Part shown: positions 55,484 to 64,000 of the stretch, one piece after another
Layout: the number at the start of each line of letters is the position of its first letter
How positions within the stretch are numbered: the first letter of the stretch is position 1
Assembly (NCBI GenBank): GCA_946965045.2
Contig: OX337231.1
Location: 1,054,001-1,118,000, forward strand
Direction of reading: 5' to 3'
Source of the DNA: Epithemia pelagica
Lineage: Eukaryota > Protista > Bacillariophyta
Length of the DNA stretch: 64,000 nucleotides
The notes under the pieces: model-generated
What the model saw: the letters and a program-made list of their open reading frames with translations, nothing else
Databases searched by the model: none
What the model was told of the DNA's origin: nothing
Program-made: the position numbers and the translations under genes

Positions 55484-58408
55484 TTGGCAGCGATGGACGA
55501 GGGATTCGAGTGTGTAAAGTGCTCCAAAAAGGCCCAAATACGCGTTCAGCCGAACTGTCCTACCAACTATCGGTATGGTTTATACCAAGGCATTTGTCAG
55601 AATCCAGAATGTTCCGCTGCCAAAATCCCTTTCTATATATGCCTTCCCTGTCTCAATCACCAGCAGTCCCACAAAGGTGGCCAGAAGGGGTATATATCCC
55701 AGTGGAAGGTGGTGAATCGAGATGCCATGTCAAAATTTCACCAAAAAGCCATGGAAAAATGGCACCCGACAAATGATCTGGCTATGGAACAACTTCCAAT
55801 AACAAATGACATTGCACCTGACGACAGTGATTGCCATTTGGGTGCGAATGAACCCACCGATGATACGTGGGATGGTTTTTTCCAATCAAATTGTCCTGAA
55901 TCTTTTGACGAAACCAGTGACTCAAGCCCAACCATCTCTCAAGAATGTCTCCGATCAATGGGATCCCATAAACAATCCAAAACTCCGGCCTTCGAATGGG
56001 AAAATCTAATCCCAAAAGGTCGGGGTTTGAAATATCTCACAGCGAGAGCGTTGAAGATATCAGTCAACAAGAGGCCCAATTTACAATCTTGTTCTCCTCG
56101 CTACTAATTGAGTTGACAGGTAAACAACGCAGTGTACATGCCGAGATCCTGTTACTGGCAGGGAATGCGAGCAATCAGGAACTGTCCATATTTCGTAAGA
56201 CACGACTTCCAACTACCGTTGAAGATTTTGATCTTTTTTACCTAAAATGGAATGATTCCTTTATGCAGAACCTACCGATTCCTGTCGTACAATCGACTCC
56301 CGATATGGTCAATTCCTACGTTTCCCTTGCAGACTTGATTGCCAATGAATTGGGAAAGGCCCAGGAATTTGACAATTTGAAAATTTCAACGGAATTGATT
56401 ATGCAGGATATAAATTGTGTTCCCAGTGTCGCAGCCACGGAAAACAGACGGCGCTTATATCTCGATCTCCAACAAGATCCAACTGACAAATCTTGCACCT
56501 TACACCTATGGCTACTACGTGAATGGAGAGACGATTTCGATCCCAACAATACGAAATCGTCTCGCAATCAGGTGTGGGTGAACACTTTCACGATTGGCAT
56601 CGAATCTAACAACCAAACCGGATCTACGACGTATTTCATGGGTCTTGGTGCAAAAAACGATGACCACTCGCAGGTCGAGAAAGCTCCTCTGAATGAAATG
56701 GAAATTTTCAACACGACCGGGTATGATATATTCCATGGTGGAATGCAGAGGATTGTGCGAGTGAAACTTGGGAAACGAGTTACCGGAATTGACCGACCAA
56801 AACGTACGTCTATGTTCGCAGTGGGGGACCACAAGAATGGGACGTTTTCTTCTTGTTGGGGAATTGCTTCGAAGATTGATCCTAAACAACAAGAAAACAG
56901 ACTCCCCTCATGTCAAAAATGTAGGAAGTTTAGATTATCCCAGATGGGGATCATGCGAACGGACGAGAATGCTGCCAACATTACCATTACGGATTGTCAA
57001 GACTGGAACCTGTTTCATCCACAGTTCCGATTCCAATGTCCTAACAATTATCCAACAGAATACGATAAGAGACCTGGGCCCCCCAGTCCCCCGGCACACC
57101 GGCCAATTTTTCATCAGGAACGCATTGAGCCCACACAAGTATCATTGCAGAACTCATCTAGAAATCAAGGACAGGCTAATACAACCAAAGCGTTCTTGCG
57201 AACGTGTGGATGCACCAACAAGCTCATCAACTTGGTATAGCAATCTGCCAAGAAGAATGAAAAGGAACCTCCATTCCCAGAATCCTGGAAGGACTTTAAG
57301 GGAATCGAGCGTTGCCATTATGCACCTATGTATATGATATTTTTTGGGGACGATAAAGACTTTTGGGAAGCAACTCGATGTGTACCTTTCCGATATCAAG
57401 TCATTGCGGTGTACAAGATTCTTTTCCGCACAGCCTCTTTCCACGTCGAGTTGGGGAACGGGAACCTGGGTCAGCGAAAACTATCTATTCGCTGCCAGAA
57501 TCATGAGGTTTGTATTGTCCCTACCATGTTTCTACAATAACAGAATAACCCGTCACGAAGGCTTTGTCCAAGAAATCAAGATTGTTTAGCGATTCCTAGA
57601 CTCGTGTGCCGTTGCATGGATAATGACGAACCAGAAGCAAATTGAGCATATGGATAACGTCGTCAAGATTTTCATTGACAGCTTATATGAAATGGAAAAC
57701 TTGGGGACCAACGATTTAGGCAGTCAAGATGATGGGAGGGTGGAGGGAAGAAACCGACCCATTCCAAGGATGAATTGTATACTGAAAAGCAATTCGTTAG
57801 GATTGCTGTCTGTCAAGAAATACCACGACGAGATGGGAACGGCAGTTCTTCACTGGGAGGGTGGGTTTGCAGGAGAACGCAAAATACAAGAAGTTAAGCC
57901 GGCATTGTACATCAAAAGATCCAATGTTGATTTGCCGAAACTGACTTTGAAAAAAATGTATCAACATGATGCATTGGAGTGGTTGCGTGAGAATGCCAAT
58001 TTGCCTAAGTTTTCTCAAAAAAACAGGTTGATGGATGGTATAGTACGAGTATATGCTTCATGGCATGTTCTTGAAACCCAAATCAAAGTGGAAAACAAAC
58101 CACTATCATGTCTAATTGCACAGGATGGAAGACGTGTGAGCATCGCTGTCAGGACAAAGAAATCAGAACATGGTAGCAACGATGGCAGTATTGGCCTAAT
58201 TAAGCTTGATTTCGATGACAGCAAGGGAATGTTCCTTGCTGACATGTGTTGGGTGGCTCCAATTGGATTATCATGGGATTCGAAATTCTACTCTACAATG
58301 AAGGATCTGTTCGATGGTTGCGACTACCGTGATTCGGGACTCTTACTCCCCACTATGTCACCAGATACAAAGGGATATGAGAATCAATACTGCGGGATTG
58401 GTAGTTGA
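55484..58408 (+). pseudogene. EnSpm/CACTA-Mirage-Chapaev (CMC)/Plavaka-like DDE transposase, frameshifted
   Basis: N-terminal Cys cluster; EWRDDFDPNN..VWVNTFT; GIDRPKR; LPSCQKCR; AIMHL; SNSLGLL; LHWEGGFAGERKIQEVKP. Split over ORFs 55484-56107, 55996-57240 and 57623-58408. TIRs not found. Confidence 0.7.
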
Positions 58409-58519
58409 TGGACACAAAGAACTACTGGTGGAACTTTCGAAATACCACAGTTTTCCAGTCAACTATACAAAAGTTGGTTAAAACCTATGAGCTATAAGGA
58501 TAGGTGTTACTTAAACTCG

Positions 58520-58990
58520 TCACAGGAAGGCATCTTTGTGGGCGAGCTTTTGTGTTTTAGATAAATATCCTTTGTCGCGTAGAAGGCCTAGAACATTGGT
58601 GGTGCGTCGAATGTTGAACCTATCCTGGTTGACAACTTGTTCGTGAAAAAAAATTGAACTCTTCCAAGTATTCTCCTCGGCAGTGTCGATGAGGTAGAGA
58701 ATAACACTGTATAGAGCGTGCCGGTCGTCTTCCATGTCATCTTTTTTTATGAAAGGACACACAGGTCGTCCAGTGTTAAATGTCAGACATTGTCTTCTTG
58801 TTAACCTTGTCCTTTTCCCAAGTTGGCTCGGCGGATGTACGGATTTTGTCAATGGGTGTATTGTTGATTAGTGGTAACAATCGGTTTTTCAACGGACGAT
58901 CGGTGCGGCGCCGACGATTGTCTCGAGTGTTGCGACGACGGGGGAAGAAGGTAGAATGGGGTGGACCGACTGAACAGCTGGGACATTGTA
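58520..58990 (-). pseudogene. Probable gag N-terminal relic directly downstream of the 59.1-59.5 kb LTR
   Basis: Leader ending caactacaATG; segments AEPTWEKDKVNKKTM and VCPF..DD.EDDRHALYSVILYLIDTAEENTW; family call tentative. Confidence 0.4.
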
Positions 58991-59058
58991 GTTGTGTTGG
59001 TGGGTGAGAATGGTAGGGGCAGAGTCAGGACTACGCGTATACTCGTGCTTGGCAAGCT

Positions 59059-59480
59059 TGTAGGCTAGCGCAGTATCGCGAAATCACTGGGGAGGTTGAT
59101 CAAATCTCCACAGTAACCTAGAAATTGTTTCGTTGCAACAATCTCTGTTTTCAATACTATAAGATGATTACGACTATCAGAATGAGTGATTTTGCTCATT
59201 CGATCCATGTTTGGATCTGTCCTTGGGCATCTTAGGACTGTCTTGGTTCCAACTTAGTCCAATTGTTCGAAGTGAGATAGCTAGTGAGCCATACTCTAGA
59301 GCATGGTCCGGTGCGCATGATGACTCAAGACCATGCAGCGCAATTAGCTTGCTTCCAGGACTGGGCAGACATGGTCATTTGACCGATCACACTGGTAAGT
59401 TTGTGCGACTCAGTGTAAGCCCCCAGATTTCCCAATAAGATTCTCAACGGTCGGAAGCAAACTTTGGGGGTGGACTCTGA
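59059..59480 (-). repeat. Probable 3' LTR of copia element 3
   Basis: Follows PPT AAGAGGGAGAG (59491-59481) and ends ..CTAGCCTACA at 59059. There is no second copy in the window, so the boundaries are inferred. Confidence 0.55.
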
Positions 59481-62400
59481 CTCTCCCTCTTGGTCTTGCA
59501 GTCACCATCCTTGGTTCATTTTTCGAATCGACTCAAAGATCTTTCGGTTCAGTCCTTTGGTGAGATAGTCTGCTCGTTGGAGCGACGTATCGATCTTGGA
59601 CACGGTGACTGTCGCATCGGGATTCTTCGACTTGTTGGCGATGGTGGCATTGGTGTCCTTCACTTTCTCCCAGAACCAGTGCCACTTGTTGTTCAAAGAT
59701 CGCGATCGAGACGAGACACGTTGGTTGTTGGCGACAAGGTAAGCGCTGTTGTTGTCTTCGTGTACCTTTGCGCAAATCTTTGGAGCCTTCGGATCAATTC
59801 TCACATGCTTGTTTATTTCATTTAGCACGTCTTGAATCCAAACAACAACTCGCATCGCTTGAGACAAGGCCACGTATTCGGCGTGGAAGGTGCTAGTGGC
59901 TATCTCACTTTGAAGCTGAGATTACCACACCAGTGGGCATCCGCCGAAGAAAAGGATGTAGCCGGTCCGGCATTTTGCGCTTGTTGGGTTGTTCTGTGGT
60001 TCTCGGCCATGAAGGCCCATAAAATCGGCGTAAACAAAACAATCAACGTGGAAATCTTTGTTTGGGTCGAAGATCGTTCCATGGTCGATTGTTTTTGACA
60101 GGTATCAAACGATGTGTTTGATTGCTTGGGCATGGGATTGCTTTGGGTAGTTGCTGAATCGTGCAACTTGACTTACGGCATAGCTGATGTCCGGTCTGGT
60201 GTTGGTGGACAAATACAGCAACATGCCAACTATCGAACGAAAGTTCCAACTTTCAGTCATTGGTTTTCTGTCGGGGTCGCTCCCAATTCCAACTTGGGAC
60301 GTTGGAGTATGACACCCATTACAATCCACCATATTCGTTTCTTTTATCACCTTCTTGATCAATCCTGGTTGTGTCATGGTGATCTTGCCCTTGTCCTTCT
60401 TGAAATTTATGCCGAGGTATTGAACGAAATCTTTGTCCTTGGAGAGTTCGAATCCTTTCCTTTTTAATCTACACACAAAGTCGTAGATGCGTCTCATCGA
60501 TGGTGCGAGAATTCCGCAGTCGTCTACCCAGATGAAGAGGAGCATGTCTTGTTTGACAAACAAGCATTCGTCGTGGCTACTCTTGGTAAATCCGTCTTGA
60601 AGTAGAGCCTCAACCAATTTTTCGTACCATAGTCTTGGAGCTATGGGTAGTTCATAGAGGATTTTTTAGGATACGTAGACACGTAGGTTCTTCATTCGTA
60701 GACTTGAATCCTCGTGGAACATGTATCCACACGGGGTCAGACAGTTTGGCTTGGACGAAGGCGTTGCTAAAGTCTACGCAGACCATTTCCCAGTTGTAGG
60801 TTAGGGCAATGATCATGCATATTCTGATGGTTGCCCAGTTTACGACCGGTGAGTAGGCATCGGTTGTGATCTCCTGCAAGTCGCCACGTACGCAGAATCT
60901 GGCCTTGTACTTCTTGATTGACCCGTCTGGATGGCGTTTTCTTTTGAAAACCCATGTGCCGGGGAGAATTATGGTTGTGGCCTCCAGTATTTCGGCTTGA
61001 GCTGCTTTCTTCCATTTGCTTGAGTCTGGTGCTCGAATGGCTTCATCGTAGGAGAGAATGTCGTGGTTGGTGACGGCGGCCTTGAAAAGGTGGCCGAGTT
61101 CGATGAAAGAAAAATTGGCTAAGTGGCGTTGTAGGTGCGTCGACTTGTGTTCGTGCTGTAGCTGCGTTGTTGTGGGTCCATGGTTTCGACCAAACGCTCG
61201 CGTGGTTTGCGTGAACGGGTGGAACAAAGGAGAGGAGACTCCCTCTGAGGAGGAGATTTCTCCCTCTGAGACAAGGATTGCTCCCTCTGAGGCGAGGCTG
61301 CGGAGTTTTGTGGGTTTTCCTCCCTCTGCACTGGCGGTATGGGGTCATCTATGTCGTCGGGTATGGATAGAGGATCGTCGTCAGGTAGATTTAGGTTGTC
61401 AAAATATTCTGGTTCGGGCGATAGAGGTGTCGCCATGCGCGCTGGTGCTGTCTGTTGGGGGAGTTGAGTTGCCGGAGTGCTCGCACGTTGTTGGACTGTG
61501 GATGGTAAAGTACGTGATGGGTCGGCTGGTGGTACTGAGCTTGGTGGTGGTGCGGCCGGCTGTTCAAAAGTGAGTGGTGCTGGAGGAGTATTTTGGTGAA
61601 GTGCCTCATAGATTTTGGATCGGGCAGAATCAAAAGCAGCGGCAGTTGTGGCTTCGTTGTTGTCGTTGTTCTTGTCGTCGTATCCTGATAAGTGGAGAGT
61701 TGTCCCGAGTTCACCGAAAATGTCGCCCCATATTTGTGGGTTGTCGTAATTGTTGTTTTTGTCCTTTGGTGCTGTCACTGTTGCGAACCAGTCGTCGAAG
61801 ACGACGTGGTATTGGGGCGTGATGGCGCCTGTTCCAAGGTTGAGTACGAGCGGTGCTGTTGTTGCGTGTCCGGGAGAGAATCCCATAAACATGGCTCTGT
61901 CGCTTCGTGGTGCCCATCTTGGCAATTTCTTACCGTCTGCTACTGTTTTGTGGAGTACGTATACAGGTGCACCCCACACGTGCATGTCATGAAATCGCAT
62001 TTGCTCCCATCTTGTTCTCGTGAAGACGTCGTGTGGTGAGATGCCTGTATTTGGATTGGGCATTCTGTTGAAGATGAACACCACGTGGTCGACGGCCATT
62101 GGCCAGAGTGACGGATCTGCGGTGTCGGGCCAGTGGATGGCGGCGTGTAACATCATCGTCCTTGCCATGGACATGATGGTTTGGATTGCACGTTCTGCCA
62201 GTCCATTTTGATGATGGGCTCCGACTCCTGCAAAGGTGTGGATTTGCTTGAAGGCAGACAGGTGAGTAGCAAATTCTGCCGAGGTGTAGGCGGTGCCATT
62301 GTCTGCTTGGTACTTTTGTGGAATCACTCCGAATGTCTGACACTTGTTTTCGTATTCTTTCTTTGCTATTAACGTTTCGTGTGTGTTGAGGTGGGCTTGG

Positions 62401-64000
62401 AAGTGGATGAAAACGTGTCCACTGGCATGGTCGACGAAGATGCAGCCACCGCTGTACATGTGTTCTGGTTTTGTTTTGCCTTTGGACGTGTAGAGGCGTC
62501 CTTTTGTTGTGCATGTAAAGTGGTCGGAGGAGACGCATTGACCGGGAAAAAGGTGGTTGTTTTTCAGGATCCCGTCTCGGTCCGCCACTTTTGTTGTCTT
62601 TTGCCCCGGAGCATGTCGGAGTTTTTGTTTGCCGTAAAGGCAAGCCGCACAGAGAGGTGGACTCGACAATTTACAGATTGCTGTGTGCAATCGACTTGTC
62701 TCTTCTGTATGCGACAATACACCAGTCTTCATCAGGAATTGAATGGTTCTGAAACTTGCGTGTCCCAGACGTTGGTGCCATCGTAACCATTCTTTTTGTG
62801 TGGCCGATAAGTTGAGGTTGTGCTCGTGGACATTGGTGAGGGTGGTGGCAAGGGCGTTGATGGACTTGTTCACGCCTCGATGTCCATAGCATAGGCTTGT
62901 GGGAAGGTTGTTCATCGGATTGATTGGGAGATGGATGGGTCCTCTTTTCATATCGTGTTTGACTCCACTGAAGCTGAGGCCGTTCTTGGTAAGTTTGATG
63001 GTTTCTCCAGAGTGGTGATGGAGGAAATGACTTGTGCTCAACAGTCTGCAGTTTGCTTCCGGTATACTCCTTGTACTACTCCCGTGAGTTTGAGGTTTCT
63101 TTTAACTTTCTTGATGCTGGGAAGGAAGTCTTCTTTGTTGTTAGACACAGCAATACTCGCCCCAGAATCCCAGCAGATGATTGGGAAGGTGGTATTCTTG
63201 GGCATTTCCGATCGAAATTTGGCTGGTGCTTGGAGTGCCATTTGGAATGCAACGCTGTAGCTCATCTTAGAGATGAGGACATGCAACTGGGAATAAGGTA
63301 TTGGAGGAGGCTTTTTCTTCTCGTTGGTTTTGTTTTTTTTTCTTCTTGGTGATTTGGTGGCGATTTGGTGGCAACGCTGTGAGTATGGATGTTGTTCTTT
63401 GCGTTGGCACGGTGGAAGATGGGGAACAGTGACACATTGAGTTGATGGTTTTGGAGGAGGTGCCACAACAATGATTGCTATTTGAGGTTGTTGTTCTCCC
63501 TCTGTTGTGGTGGCTCGGCCAATTAATCCATCAATCCACGAGAACAGAGACGGCATCGTGGTTCCCATGTTGGTGGGGGAGAGAAATTGAAACGGAGACG
63601 TACCAATCAACCCCCGTGGAGGTCAAATTCGGCTGGATGGGTTGGATATGGTGGATGTTGTCTGGACCTGGGGTGGAATCTTGGTTGGGTTCCTGGTGGT
63701 GGTTGTGGAGGGATCGCCCGTCGTGGTGTTGGTTTGTACCTGGTTTGTGGTTTTACAGGTTTCTCGATGGGATGTTTGATGGGAACAAACTTGGTTGGAC
63801 GTGGTTTGATTTTGGGATTGACAATTTTGGTGGTTGGCATGTCCTATTTTGTGAGTTCGTCCCATGGGGTTGGTGTCGCTGGTGGCCGGAATTGTGGTTA
63901 AAATCTCGGTGCTGGAGTGGGTGTGAGCATGGGCAACAGCGGTAAAGCCTTCTGTTTTGTCGATTTCTTGTTTTTGTTGTGCCTTTTTGTGTGTGACGCA
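59059..64000 (-). mobile_element. Ty1/copia LTR retrotransposon 3 (CoDi-I-like), frameshifted, 5' part outside the window
   Basis: PR CWDSGAS (63038-63610), INT WHQRLGH..SSDHF..ADNG..AERAI..HVVFDDWF (61119-63041), RT ILPGTWVFKRKR, VDFSNAF and WVDD, RH FVDADF..ADYLTK. Confidence 0.93.

Noticed and set aside
50900-59110. Search for CACTA/CACTG TIRs around the CMC-like transposase (cactacc at 51006, cactggg at 59078)
   Set aside because: No matching inverted partner or TSD was found, so element boundaries are not claimed.

Overview
Eukaryotic nuclear DNA, most likely from a diatom (ASAFAP-type bipartite presequences, short GT-AG introns, CoDi-like copia elements). Bases 1-4.3 kb are compact host genes: an XRN 5'-3' exoribonuclease with a plastid-type presequence, COX6B, and an FBPase-like gene that has lost several catalytic residues. 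From 4420 to the end I recognise no host gene; it is a nested transposon island. It holds (i) a young full-length copia element (4420-11060, LTRs 160/161 identical, one nonsense mutation in pol); (ii) an 8.7-kb pogo-like DNA transposon with 24-bp TIRs and TA target duplication (11192-19896), carrying a 1261-aa transposase, a poly-SIM (SUMO-binding) ORF and other cargo; (iii) a second copia (21023-26392) whose primer-binding position is a perfect 14-nt complement of its own LTR rather than of a tRNA, the geometry of Tf1-type self-priming; (iv) a decayed stretch with LINE, PIF, mariner and copia relics and a 3.2-kb-period duplication; (v) a Crypton tyrosine-recombinase pseudogene followed by a compact cluster of orphan ORFs; (vi) a decayed SUMO-like domain facing a possible Ulp1 relic; (vii) a CMC/Plavaka-like transposase pseudogene with divergent accessory ORFs; and (viii) a third copia running off the right end. 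The best novelty candidates are the apparent self-priming copia, the cargo-carrying pogo element with its SUMO-binding protein, and the cargo-flanked Crypton. All family calls come from motif recognition by eye; no database search was run.
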